The notes under the pieces: generated by a model
Seen by the model: the letters and a program-made list of their open reading frames with translations, nothing else
The model's database searches: none
What the model was told of the DNA's origin: nothing
Position numbers and translations under genes: made by a program
NCBI RefSeq assembly: GCF_006345805.1
Contig: NC_042998.1
Coordinates: 14,818,001-14,882,000, forward strand
Length of the DNA: 64,000 nucleotides
Reading direction: 5' to 3'
From: Octopus sinensis
Taxonomy: Eukaryota
Shown here: positions 1 to 13,130 of the stretch, one piece after another
Layout of the letters: each line of letters begins with the position of its first letter
Numbering within the stretch: position 1 is the stretch's first letter

Positions 1-780
1 TTCATCATCTATTTCCACTGCACGAGCACAATTTTTGTGTGTTTCTATCAAGTGTACATCATCCATTCATTTTATATTCTCAATTCATATCCCATGAAGT
101 TTTCTTGCAAATTAATGTTGCATATCCAATAAAAAGTATTCACAATTCATTCTGTACTACTCCTTGCAGATCACTATTTGGTGTCTCTCATTCTTAATCT
201 ACTTTTGTTTAGAGGGGAGTTTCTCACTTCAAATTCATGTCTATTGCCAATACCATCTCTAGATAGCTCTCAACTCACTTTCATAAGTTTCAATCCATGG
301 AAGTAGAGCAAAAGGCTATGTTCTATCTATAATCCTCTGTACAGAATTCAGGCTTAATATAAGCTGCTCAACACTGAACAAGCTTTGCCACAACCATTAT
401 TCATAGTAAAATATTTAGAATCACCAAAACAACCAGTGGAACATGGAATACAAATTGCCATTCTAAAAGAGTATTCTCTGTCAACAGAAACTGCTTAGAA
501 AATTGAACCATTATTACATCATAGCATCAATCAAAATGGCATTGATTATATAGTTCTTGATTACACTGCCTTCATGCATCAAGCTTTAAGAATTAGGGAA
601 CATGATGCAATTGAGAAGCTGCATGAGAAAGTGGATTTCAACCTTCGGTGCTTTTTTCTTGTATGAAAACTGAAGGCTTTGTTTCTTGAAAGATTATTAA
701 GTTATTGTTATATGATTCTTTGAATTCTGTACAAACCTCTTCATGTTCAGCTTATTTTGCTCTGTTCTCAAGGGTAATAT
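1..780 (-). mobile_element. Heavily degenerate DNA-transposon coding remnant, possibly Academ-like
   Basis: Frameshifted minus-strand fragments in family-typical order (SLMHE, AILIDAM, NKSRL, approximately EADTKIVLHA) with many stops. Recognised by eye only. Confidence 0.33.
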
Positions 781-2266
781 TGGTCAGTCCTTTAAGTAGA
801 TTTGGCCAAATTTCACACTATTAATCAGTGTATGGCAGTGATCCAAGCTTTCTTTCAACTTTTTTTTTTTTTTACGCTAGATATAATAATGGGAATGAAC
901 CACATTGCTCTTCAGTAACTGTCAGAGCCAAGAGCATGTTATGCTGTGGGGTTTTCCAGTAGCAACGTAGAATTATTGATGTTAATGCGCTTGCTTGTTC
1001 AACTTCAGAATGGGCAAATAAATGAAATAACTTATTTATTCTGCTATTTGTGACCTCCAAAATCATTCACTCAGTGTAATGAGCAGCTTCAGTAAAAAGA
1101 CATTCAGTACTACTTAAGGAACTGAACATTGTTGCATCAACTTTTGTCAGTAAAAAGCCATTGCTTCCTCCGAATGTTTTTTTCATACTCCAGATACCTG
1201 CTCTTTTTCCCTGTGCAGTTTTGTGGTCCGTTTGCCAGGCTTGGCAAATGTACTTTCTTTATAGTTGTTTCCTTGCGTTTCCGTTTGTTTCATCAGAAGA
1301 TTACAGAAGAAATCCGGAAGATTACAGAAGAAGATACCATGTTTGCTTTGAAAATAAATTTAATTTTCAAGAAAATGGATTGTGTTTTGGACAAGTTTCA
1401 ATTTGTGTGTGTTAAGAGAGAGAGAGAAAAATGTCTGAAAAAATTTGTTTTGGTATTCAGGTGATTGAATGTTTGCACTGTTGAACATTTACATTAAAAC
1501 TTAAGCCACGGGGTCCTCTTAACTCATGAAGATATATTAAAGTTGCTAATCTCCAGGTCATTTTTGGTTTCCAAAATGACTTAGAATTTTTTTTTTTTTT
1601 CAAAAAAGAAAAGAAATTATATGCTTATGAGACACTAGTTTTTTTATTTTCCGTCCTGATTATTCATAATCTACCCAACATTTAATATTTTGTTTGACTG
1701 TATCTATCCATGTCTACTTGCTTTCACCTTGATGGAAATATATTTGAATAAATATATCCTTAATCATTAAAATTTTCACCATGGTTACGTTAATGTGCAT
1801 GTGTGACACCAGGACATTTAGGTCATAACATTTCACCATCTGTTGCCAGGGTACACTTAAATTGAAGAGGAGATATGAAGTTATTTTTAGGTGCATTTAA
1901 TTTTCTGAGGTTTTAAGATGACAAAGATAATTGTGTGGGTGTAGAAATAGCTGAGTGATTAAGTTTCACAGCCATGAGGTCCTGAGGTGCATAAACCATA
2001 GCCTTGGTTTGACTCAGGCCTTCGAGTGAATTTGAGCTGATGGAAACTATATAGAAACCTATTGGATGAACTGTACTTGGTAATTCAGAGGTTCGGACTT
2101 GTTGCATTTGTGTTGTGCTGATTCTGTGGAGAGTATGCCTGTCTATAGAATGCTAATTATGCACTCACTTTGTACATTTCAATGAGTAAGTTTTCCAGTT
2201 GAAACAACCACCATGTGCCCATAATTCAAAATTGACCTGAGAATTCCTCACTCATAATTTGATGGA

Positions 2267-2700
2267 ATCATCATCATCATCATTCAGCGTCCGCTTTCCA
2301 TGCTAGCATGGGTTGGCCGGTTCAACTGGGGTCTGTGAAGCCAGAAGGCTGCATCAGGCCCAGTCTGATCTGGCAGTGTTTCTACAGCTGGATGCCCTTC
2401 CTAACGCCAACCACTCTGTGAGTGTAGTGGGTGTTTTTTACGTGCCAGACAGAGCTGGTAAACGGCCACGGATGGATGGATGGTGCTTTTTACGTGCCAC
2501 CGGCTCGGGGCCAGGCAAGGCTAGCAATGGCCACGAATGGATGGTGGTGCCAGGCGAGTCTGGCAAACGGCCACGAACGGATGGTGCTTTTTACGTGCCA
2601 CCGGCACGGGGGCCAGGTGAGGCTGGCAACGGCCACGAACGGATGGTGCTTGTTACGTGCCACCGGCACGAGGCCAGTCTGGGCGACGCTGGGAACGGAT
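2267..2700 (-). mobile_element. Repeat family A ((GAT)n-tailed SINE-like retroelement) with internal TTTTACGTGCCACCGG units
   Basis: (CAT)n start, CTTTCCATGCTAGCATGGGTTGG and GGATGCCCTTCCTAACGCCAACCACTC shared with more than 10 copies in the window. Confidence 0.85.
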
Positions 2701-3080
2701 ATTTTTATTAGTTTACCACTGCCCATTTGCAATAATACAAAAAATATACCAACCATAAATTCTCAATTGATATTGCTATTTCTATTGCTAGAAATCATCA
2801 AACTGATTGTTGTAAGGGTTTACAATTTGTGTCCCTATCAGTTTTAACCTATTCTGATTTTTTTTTTCCTAACGTGGCTTTCTTTGTGTATGATTTCCTT
2901 TACCGATGGGTTTTCTGAATTATTTTTCCCCATCCTCCTCCTAAATGCTATGTAGCCAAGATTACTTAACAGTAAAGTAATATTATTTCCGATTGCACTG
3001 GTATCACGACTGCAATTTCCATTGATTATTTTTTTTTTATCGAAATCGATCAAAAATCAATGGAAATTGCAGTTGTGATA

Positions 3081-3376
3081 CCAGTGCCGGTGGCATGTAA
3101 AAGAACCATCCGAACGTGGCCGTTGCCAGCACCGCCTCAACTGGCCTCCGTGTCGGTGGCACGTAAAAAGCACCAACCGATTGTTGCCAGCCTTGCCTGG
3201 CACGTAAAAAACACCCACTACACTCATGGAGTGGTTGGCGATAGGAAGGGCATCCAGCTGTAGAAACACTGCCAGATCAGACTGGGGCCTGGTGCAGCCT
3301 CCTGGCTTCCCAGATCCCTGTCGAACCGTCCAACCCATGCTAGCATGGAAAGTGGACGTTAAATGATGATGATGAT
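3081..3376 (+). mobile_element. Repeat family A copy
   Basis: Reverse complement of the 2267-2700 copy; ends in (GAT)n. Confidence 0.85.
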
Positions 3377-4037
3377 ATGTACTGTTCTGATGACCGGGTA
3401 TAAGTGGTTTCAGAACAGATATATTGTAATTGATCTATGTTACCTGTTTTGCATGTCCAGAGAAGTTTGCTTGGGTAAAAAAAAAACAACTAAAAAAAAA
3501 AAAACTGTGGCTGACACTTGTCACATTCTTTGAAATGTGTCAGTTTGCAGATATCAGCATGTAATTTAGCTTTTAGCTCCAGTTTCTGACCAAAAGCACT
3601 GCCAACCTACATTTTTCTCTTTCTTACACGTTATCTAAAACTATTATCTAATGTTTGTTTTTTTTTATATATATTGAGGGTAATTTTGGCTGCTGTTGCT
3701 TTAGTCACTAAAGCATATTGATTGAGCATTCGTAGCCGGCACACAGATTGGTGAACATGTGTGAATTATCGTTTCATTTAAAGTTTTTGTTGTGCCTTTA
3801 TAATCTGATTCTGGGCCCTGTTGGAGTTGTACTAGTTAAGTAATAGTTGATTCCATTGGTTTGACCTTCTTTCCCATTAAGAAATCCTATTTGATATGTA
3901 AGACAATAGTAGATGAGAAAATGTAACCTTATCAGCCAACATTAAACTGTGCCAAAACCAACATACAACAGGTCTGGTGCAGCCTCCTGTCAAACCGTCC
4001 AACCCATGCCAGTGTAGAAGGCGGATGCTAAACAATG

Positions 4038-4440
4038 GTTATTCTTTTTTTATTCTTTTACTTGTTTCAGTCATTTGACTGCGGCCATGCTGGAGCACCG
4101 CCTTTAGTCGAGCAAATCGACCCCGGGACTTATTCTTTGTAAGCCCAGTACTTATACTATCGGTCTCTTTTGCCGAACCGCTAAGTGACGGGGACGTAAA
4201 CACACCAGCATCGGTCGTCAAGCAATGCTAGGGGGGACAAACACAGGCATACACACACACACACACACATATATACATACGAGAGGCTTCTTTCAGTTTC
4301 CGTCTACCAAATCCACTCACAAGGCATTGGTCGGCCCAGGGCTATAGCAGAAGACACTTGCCCAAGATGCCACGCAGTGGGACTGAACCTGGAAACATGT
4401 GGTTGGTTAGCAAGCCTCTTACCACACAGCCACTCCTGCG
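4038..4440 (-). mobile_element. tRNA-derived SINE family B (CORE-like TTGGGCAAGTG segment, internal CA/TA microsatellite), near full length
   Basis: Minus-strand head TGGCTGTGTGG...GGTTCAGTCCC (A/B boxes); nearly identical to 58853-59278. Confidence 0.85.
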
Positions 4441-5631
4441 GCTGTTAACTTGTTAATATTTTGTTCCCTGTACTATTTTCCATGGGGGGGTGAGGGTGGG
4501 GTCTAATTTTCGACAAGCTGGATTAATCCATGTTTTTGACGATAATTTGATGCCTTGAAGTATTTTACGTTCAGTTTTACCATGATCATCTCAGGTTCAC
4601 TCAATAAGTTTCAGTATGTGTTATTCGTCTTCCCCACCCACTCACTCACCGGCTTATGCTTATAACTATAAATCATTAATTATGGTTGCTAGTAATTTTT
4701 TTTATGTTGTATAAATTTATCATGAAACTACTAAAATTAGCTCGTTTTTAAAACTTTGTTGTGACTTGGAATTTTCGTGAAAATATTAACTTTCCCTAAA
4801 GTTACTTTCATAAAGTTAAAACAGAAACTGATCCGAAACACCTACCACGACCACCACCGCCACACCACCTGCCTTTTAGTTACTCACCAGAAAAAAAAAG
4901 AAAAAAAAGTTTATTAGGTCCTCTTATTTTTAGCCAGTTATTTTGTCTCAAAATTAAACTTGCTGACCCCTTGAATGTTTTGGGTTTGTCATTGTCACTG
5001 GTTAATAAATGCATTGAAAACCAACAATTTGTTGATCAGACAAAACTAGAATAATTACTACTTCATTGCTGCTGCTTCTGCCACTGGCTCCTCTCCGTTT
5101 TCTCTTTTGTCCTCTCCCTTGTGATTGCTGCTGACTGCTTGGCTCTTGACTGCCTCCAATCTCCGAAAGAGGGTGGCAGTGGTCTGCTTCAACACTTTTC
5201 TACCACCACTGTCTTTCTATCCTTTACAGTGTCAGTCAGCACTAGAATAATTTTATATAAGCTGTATATATATATATATGTGTGTGTATCAGTGTGTGAG
5301 AGTGTGTGGCTGAGAGAGAGAGAAAGAGATAGAGCGAGTGAGAAAAGGAAAGAAAATAAGTAGAGAAGGATGAGTGCTTGTACAAAATTTAGCTCCAGGC
5401 ATTAAACTGATGTAGTGGAGAGTGTGGGAGCTGTCAACTCTGCCCTTACTGCTGCATGGTTACTAGTTTTAAGCCACCGGTTTGCTGCTGCTGCTGCTTA
5501 TCGGTATTGCTTTAGCTGCTGCTTCTATCTGTATCTATCACTATTAGTCTCGCGCAGTGCCTACTACCTAGTGTTCTGGTTGCTGCTGCTATTGTTGCCT
5601 GTTATATTCATCAGGCTCTAATGCCACAAGG

Positions 5632-5685
5632 ATGCATCCTTACTACTTTGTGCAGTATTTACCTATTACACTTAAACAAGACCTG
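5632..5685 (+). CDS. Candidate coding part of an alternative first exon (MHPYYFVQYLPITLKQDL), in frame with exon 16240
   Basis: ATG 5632 to strong donor CTG|gtaagt at 5686, 54 nt, phase 0; upstream in-frame TAG at 5569; preceded by UTR-like GA/CTG-repeat sequence from about 5060. Confidence 0.5.
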
Positions 5686-7622
5686 GTAAGTGAAGTTTTA
5701 TTGCAAACAAAAAAAAAAATGAAAAAAAGAAAACTAAAAAAAAAAAAAAGAAAAGAGGAAAAAAAAAATTCTTTAAAACGATAATTGTATATCATGTACT
5801 TGGATTTCCTGTTACCTTGTTTACTGCGGTTGATATGATTGCCGTTGGAAGTTTTTTCTCCAGACCATGTTCTTATTGGTTGGTCATTCAGTTGGTGTAA
5901 TGTGTGTAATTGGATTACCCCAGTCACTTTAGATCTTATGTTTTATAAATATCAAAAGGAGTACCAAAAAAAAAAAAAAAAACAACAGAAAGAAACGGTT
6001 TAGGTTAAGCTAAATTGGAATATGATATTAAGAGATCGAGTGAAATTGTGTTGCTTCTTTTGTTTTTCTCGGGTTTACTGTTAGATTTTTGTACAATCTT
6101 CAGTAATATTTGATTCAGAGGTGAAATAAATTCTACTGCTAGCCTGTTCCCTTTTCCTTTCACTAGCAAAGCTGGAGATAAAGGATAAAGTAGAGGAGGG
6201 GAGGAGAGCTTTTCCTTTGTGTGTCCAAGCCCTATTGTATTTTGTTACTGCTTTATGTCTTTTGAAGGCTTTTCTGTGTATCTTAATTTTTTTCTTTTTT
6301 GTGATTATATAGTTTTGACACTAGTTTATTCCTTTCAAAATGTGGTTGTAAATTTAAATGAAAGCAGTAGATCTGTGTGTTACGAGATCTCACAAAATCC
6401 TGTCTAATTTAATACCACGGCTAACTATTTTAAAGCTAAATTATCGAATAATCATTCACCCCATTATGAGTGAAATATTAAATTTGCTAATGCTTGGTTG
6501 TGTTTCATGTATGAAAAACTTATCCATACGCGGCGGCGATGGATAACTTCATTTATTTCATAACCACATTTTCCGTTTCTTTATAAATTTTTTATCTGTA
6601 TTCTGTTTTACTTTTATTTTTGTCAATACGACATGCATTTATGAATTTGGTGATTGTTTCATCCTTGTTTCTTATTTGGTTCTACGTATTTAATAAATTC
6701 AATTCTGATTGGGCCCGGTTAAACTGTTTGCTCTTTACATAAAATACACACGCATATAAAAGGCTGTTGAGAGTAACGCTGTGTTTCCTCTCAAGTTTTT
6801 GTTGTGATTCCTCTTGAGTTGTAACTAGAAATTTTGTTTTGGCCCTTAGCTCTGCTATCATTGGGCAGATCGATGGTCAGAGGTGTACCGGCCACGACCA
6901 CCTTGCTTTAATATACATGAGAAGTACATTATCTCATGTATCCTCCAAGAAATTAGAATTTATTAACATAAAGGATCATCTATTTCTAGCTGTTACAGTA
7001 ACCACTTAGTGGCTCTACTGTTAAAAAAAAATTTCTTCATGAGATCTAGTTAAGTTAGGCTTGGTTTGTGATTTTCATTTTGTAACCTGTCTCATCTCAA
7101 AGCCGAAAGGTTTAATTTCAAAGTTTTGATAAAAATTATATTTTCCTCAATATTTCTATTTTTGTGATTATTTTTCTAAATATTTCTGTCTTTAAGTAGT
7201 TTATTGTAATAATATACGCAAGTTACTTTCACCTGTTATTCCAGTATCCCTCATTTTCTCTACGGACCTTTGTAGTTTTTAAGTGTAATGACTATTTTTC
7301 ATGCTAGTAGTATCTCAACTGTGAATTCATCTGAATACGACGACTTTGTTGTTTTCTCATCTGATCAATGTGATGAATCGTTTGATCTACTTCTTTTGTG
7401 TGTTTACTCACCATACTGTTTCCTTTTACTATTTTGCTGTTGGTCGATATTGATATTATTTAAAGCAAAAAGATGTGCATCATATTTATTTCATTGCATT
7501 GCCTTTCCAACAAATCTATATTATTAATAGGAATAATAAAAATAATAAAAAAAAACATAACAAAAAAACAAAAAAAAAGCATTCCAATATCGGTTTCTGT
7601 CATAATCAGCCTAGCCTCTTCC

Positions 7623-7664
<42 letters not shown>

Positions 7665-9779
7665 ACACTCATGCGTTTCCTCTCTCTCCCTCTCTTTCTC
7701 TTTCACTGCCAACATAACTTAATACTAGCTAACAGAAAAATCAGTTGCACTGTAGCATTATTTCAATACTTCTTAGCTAACTCGTATATCATTGCTGCTT
7801 TTATAGATTGATTTCATTATGAAATTGAGCGAATCGGATTCTTTTCCTTTTTCATTTGTTTGTGAGTGTTTGTAAATACTTGTGTGTGCGTCTGCATCCT
7901 TTTTTTAAACCAAGGGAAATAAGGCTGAACATTGATGTACTAAATATATATTTGTTAGGCTTTACCGTAACTAACTTTAATGTTTTCATAAGTTAACTAA
8001 CTAACACTAATCTGGGTCATATATTAGAAATGGTTGCCAGGTTTTCTTATTGTGTGTTTCGTGTTTAAATTTAGTTCTTGTTACAGAGATCATCTTTAAT
8101 TTGATTTAATAAAATAAAAATTAAATTAAAAAAAAATTTTTTTTTTTTCCCCCTCTCATCTGAAATGGATTTGGTCTTGTCTAGTTAAATTATTTTCATG
8201 TTATCAGATTTATATAGCAGCTACCTAATTTTAATCCTGTTTCTGACAAATCGAATTATTTGGCTGATAACTTTTTGAAATATGATTTTGACTGCGTTTA
8301 CTTCATACTATATTTTACATTGCAGTATTCTAGATTAATCCAGTTATACAAATCTTATTGACCATGTCTACGCATTTTCGCTTGTATATTTGTTTTATTT
8401 GATACTTCGAATGTGTTAAGCTATTCTGATGCTTATACTTTTATACATTTGATGGATTAATTTGTCATTTGACATAATGTTATCACTTTCGCCATAAGAC
8501 GTGGTAGTGAGTTGACTTAACTGATTGTAGTTATGTCTGCATTCTTAGTTCAGGTCTCAGCTCTGAACTGGTTAACTCCACATATTTATGGTCTTTTGCC
8601 AGTGTGAGGGTTGTTTCTCTTCTCATATGTCTTCAAATGCATTACACTCTTAATTTACATAAGTCTGAAGCGTCATCTATGTATGTATGATGTATAGAAG
8701 AAAATTTGCTCTCCTATTTTTTTATCTTTGATTTTGCACATTGGGGGGTTCGAATAAGTTACTGTGTACAATTTCATCGCTAAAAGTTAGAAATAGGTGA
8801 AGAATAGACACCAGGGATCTTATATTTGCTGTTGTACTTATTTGAAATAATAATACTAAATAGAAGAGGAATGAGAAGGAATCTGTGATAAAGTTTGCTT
8901 GCACTCTCTGTTTTCATACTTCATTCTGAGTTCCAATCTCAGTGAGTTTGACTTCACCATTCAAGTGCTAATAATATATCAAGGTAGATTTAATTAACTT
9001 ATTTTCCCTGCTTAGCAAAAATTAGTTTTGTCAACAACAGAAAAAGTCAATATTAAATGGAAGCTCTCTGGCATTTCTGTGATGAATAGTTAATTGCTTG
9101 ACCTTTCATGATCAGAGATGTGTATCAATGGGTAATAAGACCTGTTGACCTTTTCCCAGAGATTCTGGTACCTGTGCACAACGTCTTGGTGAATTGAGAC
9201 TTGAATGTATCTGATGCCCTCTCCTTCTGAAATGGTTGCTGCAGATGTATGTAAACTTGCAGTGAATCAGGTGTGTGTGTGTAGAATGTTATCCACTTTG
9301 TCATCAGCTAGAAATAAAAAAAAACACCAACAAACTCAATTACTAACCCTTATAAGATCCACAAGAAAAAGCCTGCAATCTCTCTCCCTTTTCAACTGAA
9401 ATACTTATTGAAAAGTTAAAATTTGAGAGTGAGAAAGCTCAATTATTTTAGCCTCAGTTGGATAAGAGGTTAACATTTTTCTTGTTTTTGAATTAAGTTT
9501 TACTTTCCTTTGATTTTGCAATGCTCTTTGTAAGTAAATCCATTGATATTGAATTCTTGTAATATGTTGGACTTATTTCCTTAATAATTTCACAAGAATA
9601 ACTTTAGTTTGGAGTTGGTTTCTAATTTTTTATTAGACTGTTAATTCTTATGAAAGTGATAAAACTAGCTCTAACTTTTTTCTTTTTTTTTTTTTTTTTT
9701 TTTAAATAAAGTTGTCCTACTTGGCAAAGTGCTATCCTTTATTTGACTAGTTGGAAAAATCCCATTAGCTAGCTTTTAG

Positions 9780-10150
9780 GATCGATCACTATTTTCAGCT
9801 TTGTTCAGTTCCGCCATCATATGATTTTAATGTACTGTGATGGTTTTCGATTGGTCTGACATACAGCATATTGCTGCAATTCACCATGGCCTTTTGTCAG
9901 CTCTTCTGTGAGATTCAGCTCCGGAAGTCTGACCTCACCGTTTCTTTTTGGTGATGTGGGTACCCCTCCGAAAACAAATTAGCTCGCGTGAATTTACTCA
10001 TCATCCCATTTTGGCATTACAAATGAGATAGGAACAGAAAGTGTGTACTTGCACGCTTTACTCTAGTTCTCCGTGTCTGTCTGTAGGCCTGCCTCTCTCT
10101 CTTTCTCACACGCGCACACACACACACACACACACAATCTCTCTCTCTAT
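9780..10150 (+). promoter_or_regulatory. Possible promoter/enhancer-like motif cluster
   Basis: CCGCCAT (YY1-like), GATTGG (reverse CCAAT), CCGGAAGT (ETS), CTCGCGTGA within about 200 nt, followed by CT/CA repeats. Motif matches only. Confidence 0.25.
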
Positions 10151-11039
10151 TTGTGAACATACTATTTGAAAATGAGTACTGTTTGTTGTACGAATTGAAA
10201 TGGTTACTTGAATGTTACCGGTTTTAGTATGTGGTTATTTTAACCTATATTTTTTTAAAATTTTTTTTTTTTTCAAGCTTTAAAAAAAGTTAGATTGACA
10301 AGTGACAGATCTATTTATTGCGTTGTGTAAACTCAACTTTTGTTGCATCTCTCTTTCGCATCCGTATCACATCAAGAAGTCACATGCTTTACTTGTTACC
10401 TATATAAATTAAATGGTCTCTTCTTCACCAATGTAATTGGACCAATAAATATTGATTCATATAAGAGAATTGTTTTAATTATAACCCGAACGAAATTGTT
10501 TGGTTTACTCCTCCCTTCCTCCCTTGTCACTCACTGTCTATTTGCCTGTGTGTTTCCACTGCAATAGAAATTTCAAGTGCAGTCTGGAAAGAAATCAATA
10601 TTTCCATGTTGTGGGTTTCTGCTTGTCTTCCTGGCACATTTTCACAACTTGAGCACACACAAATACATTTTATATAATCTCATCTTGGCTGTCTAAATAG
10701 TGTGGTGCTCAATAAATGCTTTATCTTTTCCTTTTGCTTTACCCCCCAATACTTCACCTTATTAACAAACATTATTTAATGTTTGGTTATTGATCCTGAA
10801 ATATTATATAACAAATTAAGTTATCATCTTACTTCAAAGTTCTTTGTAAAGATATTTGCGATTTGTCTTCTTTCCCCGTCTCCCTTTATCAACTAGTGAT
10901 AATTTACAGCCGATTTCAACTTTTACAGATGTAAAAATTATAAATCTTAGTGTAAAAAATCAACTTACATGAAAGCAATTTTATAAATTAGTATATTTTG
11001 AAAAATGGTTAAATTTATATCTCTTTTACTCATCATCAT

Positions 11040-11600
11040 CTCTAATTTCCTCTCCGGCTCTTTTGCTCTTAATTTCCCTCTTTCTCTCTCTGCATTTGCT
11101 CATTTTTTCTCCCTCTACATCACTTTCCACTTATCAATTGTCTGTCTCTGTCTATATATATCTTTCTGTCCTTTTCTCCATCGCTTGTGTCTCTTCGTTT
11201 CTCTTCCCACGTGTCTGTTTCTCTCTCCGTTTGTCTCTCTCTTCTTCTTCCTCCTCTTCGCTCTTCTCACGTGTCTCTCCATCTCTCACCCCACTTGTCT
11301 CCCTACGTCTCTCTGTCGCACTCTCTACATCTCATCTCTTTCTTTGATGCTCATCTCTTGTCAGTCACAAACTCCTCTGTCATACCCAGTTATTGTTTTA
11401 TTCTCCTGTTATGAGCCGCCTCTCTCTCTCTCTCTCTCTCTCTCCTTCACTTGTACTACTTACTATGCTTCTCTCTTCCTCTCTTACATTTCTTTCTCTG
11501 TCATGCACACAGCTCTGTTCGTGCAGTTCTTCCTTTCTCCGTCGCTCTGCTTTCCGTTTCTCTTTTCATGTCCCCCTTCCTTTTCTATCTTATTATTCAG
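11040..11600 (+). repeat. About 560-nt CT-rich polypyrimidine low-complexity tract
   Basis: Degenerate (CT)n/(CTGT)n; generates the spurious Leu/Ser/Phe ORFs at 11005..11637. Confidence 0.85.
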
Positions 11601-13130
11601 CAGTGTAGGTAATGCCTATTTTTTTCTTCTAAAGTGACATGACTCCTTACTGAACATTTCTAAAAGGGTGCTATATAATCAAATGAATTATGAATAGCAT
11701 ATTTTTTTTTTATGACTAATATGACTAAAAAAAAAAAAAAAAGAAGAAATTCCATTTAATGTTTGATATAAAACTTGTTCCATATTTATGCCTGAGGATT
11801 CCAGCGGAATCTGCATTGAATTTGACAATATAGACAATATATTTTTAGTACACAGAGAATAATAGGGTTTTTTTTTGGTTTTTTTTTAACCAGAATATGT
11901 TAGTTAATTTTTTAATTCACTTTTTCTTACTTAGAAGAGAAGCCAACAACATTTAACAAAAATTTAAATACATTTTTCTACTTCATATCTTAATGGAAAT
12001 AATTTTGTTTCCAAAATCAGGTTACTACTTAGTAGAAGTGAGCATTAGGCGCACACACAAACACACGCACATAATGTGGGGTAATGGTTTCCGAATAGAA
12101 TAAGCTGGTTTCTTCAAAAAGTTTTGCTGTTGGCTTTGATATAATTTACAATTGTTAAGTCATGTTTTTGCTAATTATTTTCATATTCTGCCCAAATGTA
12201 GCAAATTAGTATTTTTTTTCTTTTCTTTATTTCGACTTCCTATGATTTAAAAACTTTGCGTTTCTTATTTCGCGTATTAAAAGCTTGTTTTAAAAGGAAT
12301 CTCACAATAATTACATCTGTAGGCATGTTTTTTATGTGCAGAATATCCGTTCCCATTCGATTTCTTTCAGTTAGTAAACATGCAAGAGAAATTTTCATAA
12401 TGGATGTTAAAATAAAAATTTTTCTTAAAAACGCTCTGCTTTTAGTTATATCTGTTTACTATCTCTGTTGTAAATTTAGTCTCACAGGTAAATATACGTG
12501 TGTGAATGGCTTATTATTGATAAGCATAAGTTTCCTTTAAGAGATAGTTTTCTTTTCTTTCCTTCTATATAATCATTTAGTATTATTGCAGTTTTTTTTT
12601 AATTATTGCAGTGGCTCTTTTTGTATGTACGAAACATGGTTTTTTCATAGTTGTGGGAGTGTGGTTGTTTCAACAACAGCAGTATAAGCATAGCATTTTG
12701 TGCATATGCTTTTCAGTTTGTCCTTGCGTTAGCAGCAGCAGTGGCAGCAGCAGCTACCATCAGTCCAGTCAAACCTGAGGTTAATGATGAACTAATGTGG
12801 ATCACGCCTTCACAAGGAATTTAACAGCTCTCCTAGAATAGTCTTTGCATAACTCCGCCCACCATTGTCATAAGGATGATCAGGGCTTTTCCCAATAGGA
12901 TATGTTATCTCCCAGAAAAGAAAAACAGTCCATCAATGAATGTTGTATATAGAAATGGTTATTTCAGTTGTAACATTAAGTTGGGATTTCCTAATGTACA
13001 CTGGGCTCAGTCAAATGCTTTTTTTTATATGCTTATGTTTTGTTGACTGACCTCAACGGAGTAAGGATATGCCTTATGTCTTTGCGACTGCTGGCAGCTA
13101 ATTTATATTTTCATATTGTCCTTTAGCCAG

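Noticed and set aside
1295-1335. 21-nt tandem duplication GAAGATTACAGAAGA
   Set aside because: Simple slippage duplication in probable transposon debris.
2430-2700. Recurring TTTTACGTGCCACCGG units with intervening sequence, superficially CRISPR-like
   Set aside because: The spacers resemble each other, the array is part of a dispersed eukaryotic repeat, and there are no cas genes.
2313-2847. Overlapping 132- and 138-aa ORFs, plus similar ORFs at 3057, 57161, 60313 and 60510
   Set aside because: All lie within family A repeat copies; no protein motif.
3382-3418. CTGATGA inside a 9-bp hairpin (CTGTTCTGA/TCAGAACAG)
   Set aside because: No downstream GAAA or three-way junction; not a hammerhead.
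11005-11637. 210-aa ORF, the longest in the track
   Set aside because: Leu/Ser/Phe-rich product of a CT tract that lacks stop codons by composition.
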